Assembly: GCA_030390025.1 (NCBI GenBank)
Contig: CM059425.1
Coordinates: forward strand, 169,014,001 to 169,078,000
DNA: 64,000 nt
Source: Squalus acanthias
Lineage: Eukaryota
Direction: 5' to 3'
Made by a program: the position numbers and the translations under genes. Below the pieces are notes generated by a model. It searched no databases. It was not told the DNA's origin and was given only the letters and a program-made list of their open reading frames with translations. Every line of letters starts with the position of its first letter. Within the stretch, counting starts at the first letter, position 1. Shown here in pieces: positions 13,405 to 25,914 of this stretch.

Positions 13405-13890
13405 ATTCCAGATCACAACTCACTGCATAAAAATATGTTTTCCTAATGTTGACTCTGGTTCTTTTGCCAACCACTTTAAATTTGTGTCCTCTAGTTACTG
13501 ACACTTCTGCCACTGGAAACAGTTTCTCCTTTTTTACACCTATCGAAATGGTTCATGATTTTGAACACCTCTATCAAATCTCCTCTTGCCCTTCTCTGCT
13601 CTAAGGAGAACAACCACAGCTTCTCCAGTCTCTCCACATAACTGAAGTCCCTCATCCCTGGTACGATTCTAGTCGGTGCCCTCTCCAAGGCCTTGACATC
13701 CTTCCTAAAGTATGGTGGCCAGAATTGAACACAATACTCCAGCTGAGGCTTAACCAGTGTTTTATAAAGGTTTAGCATAACTTCCTTGCTTTTGTACTCT
13801 ATGTCTCTATTAATAAACCCAAGGATCTCATATGCTTTTTTAACAGCCTTCTCAACTTGTCCTGCCACCTTCAAAGACTTGTATGCATGC
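13405..13890 (-). mobile_element. CR1 LINE 3' fragment inside the Harbinger transposase
   Basis: KSLKVAGQVEKAVKKAY..LGFINR..LYKTLVKPQLEYCVQFW..RGDLIEVFKI. Confidence 0.9.
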
Positions 13891-14660
13891 TGTGCACATG
13901 TGCGTGGGTTGCGAACCAGAGTCATGAGCCTTGTCACCCAGTAGCCACCCTTTGGTTTGCCATGGTGGCTGAAATGCAGCTGGCACAGCAGACTGCTGCA
14001 GAATGAAGTCATCATGACTGCTGCCAGGATACTGGCTGTTGACCACCTTGATGCGTTGCCTATGGTCACGCACCAGCTGGACGTTGAGAGCGCGGAATCC
14101 CTTTCGGTTCCAGTACATGGCAGAGTTGACATGCAGCACCCCCAAAGTGATGTGCGTGCAGTCAATGGCACCCTGCACCATGGGGAAGCCTGCAATCCTA
14201 GCAAATCCTGCTAGTCTCTGGCAAGAGAGAAAGAAATGTAGTTGGCTCTCTTTGAATAGAGAGCTTCAGTGACCTCCCTTATGCAACAGTGGGTGGCAAA
14301 CTGCGAGATGTTGCTAATATCTCCAGCTCCAGCCTAGAAGGAGCCAGTCGCATAAAAGTTCATTGCCAAGGTCGCCTTCACAGCTACTGGCAATGTGGTC
14401 CTTTTCCTGCTCTGAAGTTGGAGTTGTGGCTGCAGCATTTGGCAGATTTCAGTGAGGACATCCTTATTGAAGTGCAGACGTCTCACACATTGTTCCTCGC
14501 TGAGGTTCAGGTAGGAGAATTGCTCTCTGAACCTGCTAAGAGCCCTTCCCCGCTCCTCCTCCTCCTCCCTCTTATAGCAGCTTGTCCTGCTCTGTGAGGC
14601 CTCTGCTCATTCTCCTAGTAATGCAGTATTCCAAGAGGAAGGCCTACTAATGCACCTATG
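13890..14660 (-). pseudogene. HARBI1-like DDE transposase remnant
   Basis: GAIDCTHI, NRKGF.ALNVQLV, YPGSSHDDFIL and WLLGDK motifs. The C-terminal part is replaced by a CR1 fragment. Confidence 0.88.
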
Positions 14661-15559
14661 TCTGGGAGCAATTGGTTTGTGCAGAAGCCTTGAAGTCAGC
14701 AGAAAGTCCTTCAGTACCTGCCTCACCACTTCCTGTAGACTTTTGCAACTTGAAACAACTATGGAAAGCACCAAACACTTGTAGAACTATAGCAACAGCC
14801 AGAAGAAATCAACCAGCAACCAGCCTGTAAGTAATTGATGATCCCTTTAAATAGCAGTGGTGGGGGGTCCTTCATGCTGCTTAACGCGTGTTCAGCTGTG
14901 CGAGGTTAAGGGAGGCTGTCAGCTGGACCTTGGATCTCCAAAATGGCACTGCTGGTGTCAAATCAGCATTGCTCGCTGATTGACGTCATGATCTGTTTGC
15001 TCTGTATACTTCCGGTGGATATTAGCTGCATGTGCGCTGACGCCTTCACCCAATATGGCGTCTGGCACGATTCACGGCAGAAGTGTGAACGCGCACAGCA
15101 GACGCCATTTTGGTCCCCGAGCGGCACCCACAGCACCAAAACAACGTGTGCTACCGAGCCCAATTTCACACCCAAGGTCTTCAGGAGGTGGAGAGGAGTA
15201 AACATAAATAAAACTAGAAAGAATATTAACCTGTACACGCAGTAAAAGAGACTAGTTGAATAAGTGCAAAGGTTCCTGATTTCTTTTGGAAACATTAAAT
15301 TTTCACTCTTAAATAGTAATCTTTTTCCTTAGGATTTAATCTGAATTTTATATTTTAAAATACAAACTTTAGGAGGAGAACATAAAATTATATAAGAATT
15401 ATATTTAATGTTTTTCTACCTTTGTCCATCAAAATTGCTACTGTAAATGTTTTTCACAAATAACCTAATGCATAAATAGTTGATATTACTGAAGTTTAAA
15501 ATAGATATTCCACTAATTCAAATGCACCTCAAGTAGTGCTTAATTTAGTTCTAGGAAAT

Positions 15560-17350
15560 TAAGTGGGGCAAATAGATAATGGCCAGGATAGAGGGACATC
15601 TTAGAAACAGCACCCATAAGATAATTGGGTGAGTTTATATAAGAATTAAAAAGAAGAGAGAACAGTCAAACTGGAAAAAAGCCAATTTCAGTGAGATAAA
15701 AAGGTAACTAGCCCAGATAAACTAAATTGGCACAATGTTTCAAATATTCTTGGATATGGAAGTTGTGGCAGAGGACTGGAAGGTTATCCATCTCTGTTCA
15801 CAAAGGGAAAAACAGATAACTGCATTTAACAGCTTAACATTGCTAGTGAGTATCCTACTACAGACCATAATACAGGATAAAATTTATGTTTACCCAGGGA
15901 GACGTGAGTTAATTAAGGACAGCCATCGTGGGTTTGTAAAAGCCAATTTACGGCTGACAAACGTAATAAAGGAAATGATGGAGTGTATTGATAAAGTGAA
16001 TGTTATGTATACAATTTTCAAAGGGTGTTTTAGAAGGTGTCAAATAGGAGGCTTGTTAAAATTAAGGCACATGGCATTACAGGTAATGTGGCAGCGTGGA
16101 TCAGAAAATTGTTAAAGAACAGAAAACATTAATGGCTAATGGACATTTTTTGTACTGGAGGGATATAAACAGTGGTGTCCCCAGGGATCAATGTTGGGAC
16201 CATTGCTCTTAATATTTATGAATGATCCGGACTTGAATATAAAGAGCACATCAAAATTTGTAGAATAGTACAGCACAGAAGGAGGCCATTCAGCCCATCG
16301 AGTCTGCGCCGGCTCTTTCAAAGAACAATCCAGTTAGTCCCACTCCCCCGCTCTTTCCCCATATCCCTGCAATTTTTTCTCCTTCAAGTATTTATCCAAT
16401 TCCCTTTTAAGACATTAAAAATAAGGAATATTGTTAACTAAAGAAAGAGTAAGTGACTTCAGGAGGGCATAGACAGATTGGACAGATAGATGTCAAATTA
16501 AATTTAATATTGAGAAATTTTAATGTGGAGAAATGTGAGGTGATATATTATGGGGAAGAGAATAAGGAAACGGCATATGCAGGAAGAGTAGTGCAGAGAC
16601 GGAATCTTTAAAAGTTAATAAAGCTGTTGATTTTTTTTAAATGGGATCCTAGGTTTTCTAAATAGGGGCATAGAGTACAACAGTAAAGAGGTAATACTAA
16701 ACCTACACAAAGCATTGGTTAGGCTACAGTTAGAATATTGGGGGCACCCCAAAAACGGGTGGGTTGGGGTCGGATGGGATGTAAAAATTAAAATAATCTG
16801 AAACCTGAATCCAACCCGCCCACTTCCGAGTTAAATTTTTTTTTTTGGGGGGGGGGGGGGCATTTAAATATTATAATGAGGCTGGAAGCCTCACATTTAA
16901 CCTGTTTTACAGGTTTAACTCTGGCCGGCCAGGTTTCCCAGGCCCTGGCCATTGTGTCCAGTTTTAGGCACCTTACTTTAGGAACGATATCAAGGCCATG
17001 GAGAAGGCACAGAAGAAATGCATTATGATGTTGCCAGGGATGAAAAGCTTTAGTTATTAGGAAAGATTAGAGAAACTGGAGTTTTCTTCATTAAACAAAG
17101 GTTAAGAGGTGATTTGATAGAGGTGCTCAAAATTGAGAAATTTTGATGAGGTTGATTGAAAACAACAATTTCCACTGATCAGTGAGTTGATTACTAGAAG
17201 ACATAAATTTTATATCAAAAGAACAAAGGGAGTGGTTAGAAGAATTGTTTTTACACACTGGATTGTTAGGACATGGAATGCACTGCCAGAAACATTGGCA
17301 GGGGAATGGGTCTAATGGCCGCCTCCTGTGTCATACAATTCAATGATTCT
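15560..17350 (+). mobile_element. Degraded CR1 LINE ORF2 remnant, with an antisense CR1 3' tail at ~16260-16410
   Basis: SGVPQGSMLGPLL.IFMND, EKCEV and LRGDLIEV remnants; ATTCTA-type tail. Confidence 0.8.
16740..16950. mobile_element. Harbinger-type MITE remnant with 3-bp ATT target duplication
   Basis: Interrupts the CR1 sequence GAATATT|GTGTCC. ATT at 16737-16739 and 16951-16953; ends GGGGGC...GGCC. Confidence 0.7.
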
Positions 17351-18282
17351 ATAATATGTTTTTCTTCCTAAATTCAATATTTATACAAAAATAATTTCAA
17401 TGTTTTACAATTTGGTTTATAGGATTAACATTTGAAAATGGTTATATATAAGTTTTAAATATCAAATACAGGTTTGCATTAATCTTTTCTGTTGTAGAAA
17501 TTGCTGTGATGTATGTTTACCTTCATCCTAATTTAATCCATTTTTATTGTGTACTACTCCCTTTGTCTTGGCTGTAAAGTTTATAGATTTTATGGAGTGA
17601 TTGTAAATATGTTGCTTATTACAGCAGTTTGGTATTTAATAATAGGCTAATAAATGCTAGCTATTTTTAATTCAATTAAGTTATGAGGTTAACAAATCAT
17701 ATTTTCAATTTGAATGTATCAGTGCATTATTGTCCATTTAAATAGTAAATTAAAGCTACATTCTCTCAATTGCCTTTGCCCACCTGAAATTATCACAAAG
17801 TCATCAAGTAATAAGAAAAATGATTCAGCATTGATGCAACAGCATTGGGTTGAGCTGGACACCAGCAATAGGTTCGGTCACTGTTAATTGCTAAGTCCCA
17901 CTTAATTCATTGTGCTCATTCACTCTGGGTACGACTGTTATTTTTTTCTCCTCTCAGCTCAGACAGTAATTTTCTAGTGCTGTGTTACTTCAAAATACTG
18001 ATCTGCTGCAAAGCACTAGTAAATGGCACAGATGTATAGATAGATATTGTGCTTTTAAAATAAAGCAGTGCTTATGATGTGAATTTTTAAATTTTGGGCA
18101 GAAACTAAGCGAAAGAAGACCACGGTCCAACTAGTTCACCTTCTACCATCCTGGTAGTTGCATGATACAACAATAATTGAGCTGTTGATTAATCGAGACA
18201 ATCAATCTCTATCAGTTAGTCTACAGGAGACCCAGACATGAGGTGAGGAAAACCTCCAGTGGTGAAAAGCTTTGAGAACCTA

Positions 18283-19060
18283 GGCCTAGAAATACGATGC
18301 TGTAACGCTGGCTGTTATGGCTGGTTCTGTAGAAAAATGGCGGCCACCTTGCTTCCGACACTGGACACGACGGCCGCCATTTTGGCAAGTGCTATAGCGC
18401 TGTCGTTGACGGCGTTGGCCTCTCAAATTTAAGTAAGCAGATCATGGCGTTAATCGCCGTGCAATGCCTGATTTGACGCCACGACTGCTAATTTGGACAT
18501 TCTCGCTCTCCATTACACTGTGTCCTGAATGCGCACAGAAAAGTGTGTGTGAAGCAGCCCTGCAGAGACGCTGTCAGCGCTTCTTAAAGGGATGCACACA
18601 TCTTTCAGTTAAGTTTAGATTTCAGCTTTTGAACTTTAAAAAAATATTTTATTCCAGTAGTGGCTTGGTGCAATAGATTTTAAAAGTTTTTAAAGTGTGC
18701 AGCGAGTGCTGCTGATTGCTTGCAAGGCTTCGATGGTAAAGGAAGGTCTGAGAAGACAGAAAATGCTGGAAATACTCAGCAGGTCAGGCAGCAACTGTGG
18801 AGAGAGAAACAGAGTTTACATCTCGGGTCGAGATGCTGCCTGACCTGCTGAGTATTTCCAGCATTTTCTGCTTTTATTTCAGATTTCCAGCATCTGCAGT
18901 ATTTTACCTCTGAGAAGACCACTTGGTCACAGTCCTGGGGGGCACATGGAGATGTAGCAGAGGTAGTAAAGGGGACAAGCTGCTCGCTGAGGGAAGAGGA
19001 GGACGCGGAAGGAAGGATGCAACCCAGACAGCCCATTTCTGGCCAGGATATTCAGAATGG
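18283..19060 (+). mobile_element. Harbinger terminal fragment (CpG-rich subterminal region)
   Basis: Starts GGCCTAGAAAT. Internal inverted repeat AAAATGGCGGCC / GGCCGCCATTTT. Ends in acidic sequence resembling a transposase tail. Confidence 0.5.
18758..18908. mobile_element. Short asymmetric hairpin element (Penelope-like terminal repeat), 11-bp TSD
   Basis: Perfect 36-bp inverted repeat at 18758-18793 / 18834-18869, flanked by TCTGAGAAGAC at 18747 and 18909. Confidence 0.8.
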
Positions 19061-20672
19061 AATCATCTGCCTGTGGTACCAGTGACCACAACTCAGTGGT
19101 GAAGCTACAACACAGGACTACATGCATGCTAAACAGCAGAAGCAGCATTCTGTAGACCGAGCTAACCAACGGATCAGATCAAAGCTCTGCAGTCCTGCCA
19201 CACCCACACACCCAGTCGTGAATGGTGGTGGACAATTAAACAACTAATGGGAGGAGGAGGCTCCATGAACATCCCCATCCTCAATGATGGCGGAGCCCAG
19301 CACGTGAGTGCAGAAGACAAGGCTGAAGAGTTTGCAACCATCTTCAGCCAGAAGTGCCTAGTGGATAATCCATATCGGCCTCCTCCTGAGGTCCCCACCA
19401 TCACAGAAGCCAGTCTTCACCCAATTCGATTCACTCCACGTGGTAACAGCAACAGCTATGGTCCCTGACAACATCCTGGCTGTCGTGCTAAATACTTGTG
19501 TTCCAGAGCTAACCGTGTCTCTAGCCAAGCTGGTGAGGTGAGAGTGACTGCCCTTGACATCAAGGCAGCATTTGACCGAGTGTGGCATCAAGGAGCCCTA
19601 GTAAAACTGAAGTCAATGGGAATTGGGGGGGAAAACGCTCCACTGGCTGGAGTCATACCTAGCACAAAGGAAGATGGTTGTGGTGGTGCAGGAGTTCCTC
19701 AGGGCAATGTCCTAGGCTCAACCATCTTCAGCTGCTTCATCAATGACCTTCCCTCCAACTTAAGGTCAGAAATGGGGATGTTCGCTGATGACTGCAGTGT
19801 TCAGCGCCATTCACAACTCCTCAGATAATGAAGTAGTCCATACCCGCATGCAACAAGACCTGGATGACGTACAGGCTTGGGCTGATAAGTGGCAGCTAAC
19901 ATTCGCGCCACAGAAGTACCCGGCAATGACTATCTCCAAGCGAGAGTCTAACCACCTCCCCTTGACATTCAACGACACTACCATCACCGAATCCCCCACC
20001 ATCAACATCCTGGGGGTCACCATTGACCAGAAACTTAACTGGACCAGCCACATAAATAATGTGGCAACAAGAGCAGGTCAGAGGCTAGGTATTCTGCGGC
20101 AAGTGTCTCGCCTCCTGACTCCCCAAAGCCTTTCCACCATCTACAAGGCACAAGTAAGGAGTGTGATGGAATACTCTCCACTTGCCTGGATGAGTACAGC
20201 TCCAACAATACTCAAGAAGCTCAACCCCATCCAGGACAAAGCCGCCCGCTTGATCCACCACCTTAAACATTCACTCCCTCCACCACAGGCGTACTGTGGC
20301 TGCAGTGTGTACCATCTACAAGATGCACTGCAGCAACTCGCCAAGGCTTCTTCGGCAGCACCTCCCAAACCCGCGACCTCTTCCACCTAGAAGGACAAGA
20401 GCAGCAGGTGCATGGCAACGCCACCACCGCCAAGGTCCCCTCCAAGTCACACACCATCCTGACTTAGAAGTATATCACCGATTCTTCATCGTCGCTGGGT
20501 CAAAATCCTGGAACTCCCGACCTAACAGCACTGTTGGGAGTACCTTCACCACACGGACTGCAGCGGTTCAAGAAGGCGGCTCACCGCCACCTTCTCAAGG
20601 GCAACTAGGGATGGGCAATTAGGGTGGCCTTGCCAGCGACGCCCATATCCCATAAACAAATTTAAAAAAAAA
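19060..20672 (+). mobile_element. Family B non-LTR retrotransposon (CR1 group), internally deleted
   Basis: ALDIKAAFDRVWH, GVPQG.VLG.TIFSCFINDL and MFADD motifs; 3' tail GGCCTTGCCAGCGACGCCCA..TCCCA followed by an A-run. Confidence 0.9.
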
Positions 20673-21517
20673 ACTGTTCCATTACAGCTACAACACTGTT
20701 AACATCCGACAAAGTGGAAAAATGCCCAGTTATGTCCTGTTCACGAAAAGTAGGACAAATCCAATCCGGCCAATTACCGCCCCATCAGTCTACTCTCAAT
20801 CATCAGCAAAGTGATGGAAGGTGTCATCGACAGTGCTATCAAGCTGCACTTACTCACCAATAACCTTCTCACCGATGCTCAGTTTGGGTTCCGCCAGGAC
20901 CACTCGGCTCCAGACCTCATTACAGCCTTGGTCCAAACATGGACAAAAGGTATGAATTCCAGAGGTGAGGTGAGATTTGAATGCCCTTTACATCAATGCA
21001 GCATTTGACAGTGTGGCATCAAGGAGCGGAGCCGTAGTAAAATTGAAGTCAATGGGAATCAGTGAAAGCTCTCCACTGGCTAGAGTCACACCTAGCACTA
21101 AGGAAGATGGTTGTGGTTGTTGGAGGCCAGTCATCTCAGCTCCAGGACATCGCTGCAGGAGTTCCTCAGGACAGTGTCCTTGGCCCAACCATCTTCAGCT
21201 GCTTCATCAATGACCTTCCTTCCATCATAAGGTCTGAAATGGGGAAGTTCGCTGATAATTGCACAGTGTTCAGTTCCATTCGCAACTCCTCAGATGATTA
21301 AGCAATCCGTGCACACATGCAGCAAGACCTGGACAACATTGAAGCTTGGGCTTATAAGTGGCAAGTTGCATTCGTGCCACGTAAGTGCCAGGTAATGACC
21401 ATCTCCAACAAGAGAAAGTCTAACCACCTCCCCATGACCATTGTTACCATTGTCGAATCCCCCACCAGCAACATCCTGAGGGTCACCATTGACCAGAAAC
21501 TTAATTGGAATAGCACT
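20673..21517 (+). mobile_element. Family B LINE RT fragment (second, adjacent copy)
   Basis: NPANYRPISLLSIISKVMEGVI, QFGFR and SVLGPTIFSCFINDL. Confidence 0.88.
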
Positions 21518-21714
21518 GTAGTTTGGAAAGGAAATTGAAGATGTTGAAAAGCTATTAATGTGCATACATATAATGAGGATAAAAAATGCCTTATTTGCAA
21601 ATAACATCTTGTTTAACTGTATTCATTCTTACTTGCAAATATACTGGACTCTACTTCTGTATTGCCAGGTATTGATATTTTCATATGGGAGTGAAATAGT
21701 ACTTAGTTCATGGA

Positions 21715-22020
21715 ATTGGGCCACCTTCTTGAACCGCTACAGTCCGTGTGGTGAAGGTGCTCCCACAATCCTGTTAGGTAGGGTGTTTTGAGGATTTTGA
21801 CCCAGCGATGATGAAGAAACGATATTTGTCCAAGTCAGGAAAGGTGTGTGACTTGGAGGGTAACCTGGAGGTGATGGTGTTCCCATGCGCCGTCTGTCCT
21901 TGTCCTATGTAGTGGAGGTCATTGGTTTGGGAGGTGCTGCTGAAGAAGCCTTGGCAAGTTGCTGCAGTGCATCCTGTAGATAGTGAACACTGTAATCACA
22001 ATATGCTGGTGGTGGAGGGA
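21715..22020 (-). mobile_element. Family B LINE 3' fragment
   Basis: Reverse-complement similarity to 20290-20600. Confidence 0.8.
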
Positions 22021-22795
22021 GGGCACAATTCATCCAAATGTCAAAAGTCATTTTTCCTTTATGAAAGATGTGTGGAGTACAAACAGTGGCATAGTGGGCG
22101 CAGAATGGCTTGATTCTGTGCTGTAGCTTCTGTGATGTCCATATATTAGTTGAGTAAGCATTTGTCTTGTAGCATTAGTCACTCATTTCAAATGTTAATG
22201 GACATACACTACCTGTTAGCTAATTGTGAAAATTCTAAATTATTTTGTTCACTTTCAATATTTCAAGAACACGCAAAGATAATTCAGGGTACAAAAGGGT
22301 TTCCCACTGGGTTGTATTTTACCTTGGAGATTGAGTATGAGAGTTGTAGGTAACTGACCTCGTGCTCAATATGTTTCTATCAAATGGAAAAGCATGTGTA
22401 AATTTAATTCTTATTCTACACTGGTTAAATAATTAAAAGATCTAGTGACTGAAATGTAGTTTGTAGAAAGCAACATTATCGTAAAGGATAACTGTAGAGC
22501 CTTTGTCGTGTCCCTTGTTTCAAATGGTAACAGCAAGAGAAATCAAATAGATCAGAGGAAAAAGTATAATAGTTATGCGTGGTGTCTTGGTACTTGATGG
22601 GAGCCCTGGGACCTGTGTAACCTATTTTTAGCTGATGTACCACAAAATGTAGTAGGCACGCATTCCCATTACACCTGAAGTGTTTAGTGTGCCCCTTTGC
22701 ATGTGTGTACACAGTACATACTACATGTACATGCATTCATTAATGAATCTGTATTTTTATACTTCTGTTATTAAGTCTGAAGTGTTTCTTTACAG

Positions 22796-22933
22796 GATTT
22801 GAGCTCTATTCTATGGTGCCTTCCATTTGCCCTCTTGAAACCCTTCATAATTCACTATCTCTGAAGCAAGTGGATGAATTTCTTGCATCAATTCCTGAAA
22901 GCACCGGCTCTTGTAAAGCTCCTACATCCTCAA
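22796..22933 (+). CDS. PPIP5K2: PPIP5K2 coding exon
   Basis: Encodes [46 protein letters not shown]. tttacag acceptor, GTGAGA donor; 138 nt, phase 1-1. Confidence 0.93.
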
Positions 22934-23885
22934 GTGAGACTACTAATTACTTCTTTGGTTGTGTAAATTTGCGGTACAGCAGAGATATTTAAATAGAAAG
23001 ACAGAGCAATGGAAACCTGATTAACCCTAGCTACCCATCTACTCACCATTCCCTCAATCTATTCCCTTTCTAGAAATGTATTCAGTTGTCTGTACCAGGG
23101 CTCAGTGACCTACTTTTGTGGTCCTCTATGTTTCCTCCTGGCATAACAGGAAATTGAGCAAGAATGCTGTACCCCTCCAAAGGAGGGGTTCACACAGACT
23201 GGATTCCTAGGAATGGGGTTTCTTCTCCGAAATTAAGTTGGCATGCGATCAGATTTATTGGGTAGAATTTATCCATTAGATATTAACCTGTACTCAATTT
23301 AGACAAGAGCAACATTAGGGAGGACCTGCTGTATAAATGCCTTGAATCTGAGTGGCTGGTCTTCTGCCAAGGTACTGGGATACTTTGGCTATTATGTCTT
23401 CTTGAAAACTTCTATTACAGTATTTTAGAAATCCTTTCTTATAGAACACTTGATGATTTATAAGAAGTGCAAAAAGAAGTTTCAAAATTGCCCCCTATAA
23501 ATTCCAGAACAATAAAAGAGACAGCCAAGATTGGTACCCCGGTCAAGAATTAACTTTTTGAATGCATGGAACCTTAGTTTTCCCAATTTACCAGATGAGA
23601 GGTCCCTGCAGGCTCAGAGCATTAGAAAAATTAGCAGTCCTCCGGTTTTTGTTATCCCTCAAGTTAGTTTGTGTCTAAGCCATTTGCTGGCATCATGTCC
23701 TGCCAAACACCCACCCACCTCAATTTTGATGACACAAAATTAAAAGTTTCTCCCATATCAATGTGATGATTTGGAGGTATATGTTTAAAATTTTGTGAAA
23801 TATTATGCTAACTAGAGCCAAGAGCTTTGAGGACAGAGAGATCATGTGCAAAATTGATCGTAATTTATCTTGGTTTTTATTCTAG

Positions 23886-23996
23886 TTTCTGCAAGTGTTT
23901 TATCTCTGAGTAGAAGAATTTTAAATACATATACTCCCAGAATGATACTTCCATCGCCTCAGTCATCAGATCAAGATAGTAACAGATCTGCATTCT
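23886..23996 (+). CDS. PPIP5K2: PPIP5K2 coding exon
   Basis: Encodes ISASVLSLSRRILNTYTPRMILPSPQSSDQDSNRSAF (human LNTYTPAKILPTP). ttctag acceptor, GTAAGT donor; 111 nt, phase 1-1. Confidence 0.85.
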
Positions 23997-25004
23997 GTAA
24001 GTAAACTATATTCTTGCATAGATAAACATTGCTTTACTGTGATATGTATCTTTTATATTCCTTTAAAGATTTTTTTTTAATCCTTCCACTGGTGAAAGGA
24101 CCAAATGGTCTTTCTGTAATTTGAATAGTTAAGTTACATTCTGTATGATCTCAATTATTGAAAGTACTACCTTTAAGGGCAGTCAGTTGTATGGAGACTG
24201 GGCAGTTGAGTCTGTTAGAACACTTTTAAAGAAGAAACTTTTGGGGTCTGGGTTTGATTGTATAACAGATGGACCACCGCAAATACTATTAAGGCACTGA
24301 ATCACAAATAATTTAGCTTTTCACTCTATTTATTGCCTATGACAACATCTGCTCAAAGGGCAGGGAGGAGATTTATTCCTACGCCTCTGCCACACTTGAG
24401 CTATGGGCCAGTGTCATTTGGTGAATTATGCCACTGTTTTTATGTTCTGTTTTTCCTGTACATTTCTTGTGGGGAAATGCCTAAACTTCGCTTAGCTCCT
24501 TTTCTGTGGCAAGGTAAAATTGGGAACTTGCTTTGTTACGGATCATGATGAGAACCTTGTGGTCTAATTATAGGAATAGCTTCATTTTTTATGACATTTT
24601 TCTGTTCTTCAAGGATGTTTATGCTAGGCAAAAGAGAGTATCCATTTTTTATGTTTTAGTTTCTCCATCAAGCATTTCCAGGTCAGATATAGCACAGCTC
24701 AGATGCTGGATAAGCTCTATATAAACAGCCCCAATAATATGCCTTCATCTCAGACTCTGAAGAGTAACCCTTACTCGTGAGACATTTATAGTTCTCACAC
24801 TAACCACCTTTCTAACCTCTCTGCGTGAGATGCCAAAGTTATGCATTGGCTAATACTTAAAGCTGTTTCCATCATAAACATGAACTGTGCTACTTTAAAT
24901 TTATCGGTTCATGTAATCTTATAAGCCTTTAGCTTCATTTTTTTTAATGTATTCTTTTAACGTTTTTAATCATTCATCAAAAATACAACTTTTGCTGTGT
25001 CCCT

Positions 25005-25092
25005 TTAGGAACATGAGTAGGCCATTGAGCCCCTCGAGTCTGTTCCGCCATTCATTTAGATCATAGCTGAGCTCTGACCTAACTCCATATAC
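25005..25092 (-). mobile_element. CR1 3' tail remnant
   Basis: GAGTAGGCCATT.AGCCCCTCGAG.CTGTTCCGCCATTCA, similar to the tail at 44910-44960. Confidence 0.7.
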
Positions 25093-25914
25093 ACAATATT
25101 TGTCCATTTGCTCTTGTTTGAGATGAAATGGTCATCTACCTAATTTTACTATTTGAAAAACTGACTGAAAATTTAAAAAAATTAAATTCCCTTTTTCTGC
25201 AGGCACTACTGCAAATGCCATCAGTTCCATTTGCAATTTGCCCGAGGCTTACTTGACTTGTGCAGGAGAGTAGTCTTCCTGAGTGAGTTTTCCCTGGGGT
25301 CTAGTGGCAACTGGGCCAAGACCTGCAAAACCTACCCTCTAGTAAAGTCAAGAGTTCAAATTTCGAGAGACATGAGACCGAGATTTTTCACTCTGGTTTC
25401 CTTTTCTTCTGTCAACTTATTCCTAATGGATTTTTAGCTGTGATTAATTCTTCATTCTGATGTGTGCTATTTCTTTTGTCATCATTGTGTGCATTTGATT
25501 TGTCTCCTTGTTTTTGGCCTTCCTTGTACTTGGTTAACTGAGTGGGAAAATTTACTGTTTTGGGTTTTGAGTCTAAATAGGCGGATATTTCATTGGCCAC
25601 TATAGATTTGAATGTCCAATGAGAGAACAAGTTTGTAGTTGCAGCCTGCTAGATTAAGATATAATGAATGCTGTGTGGTTTTTTAATTCCCCTAGTTCAT
25701 TTGCCTTGTTAGCAAGACCCATTTGGTTAGTATACTACCCTGCAAACAGAGTTAGTCCTTTCAGTTGATGAAGATTTGCTGTAAATCCATTCCATCTGCT
25801 TTAAGTGAATGCCATTTGTTCTTGCAGTAAAAAAAATGATGTTGCCTTTTAGGTGAATTAACTTAAAGGTGAATTCGCTTAAAGGTGAATTTCCTTGCCT
25901 TTTTTGCCATGCAG

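Larger units (their letters stand above)
10981..15173. mobile_element. PIF/Harbinger DNA transposon (degenerate): Myb/SANT gene on +, transposase on -
   Basis: Imperfect TIRs GGGGCTAAATTGG ... CCAATTTCACACCC enclosing both gene remnants. Confidence 0.85.

Noticed and set aside
23060..23260. Acceptor-like TTTCTAG at ~23073
   Set aside because: The phase-compatible frame stops after about 11 codons, with no recognisable homology or clear donor.
25850..25892. Short repeated AGGTGAATT units upstream of the last exon
   Set aside because: Probably local slippage duplication; no evidence of function.
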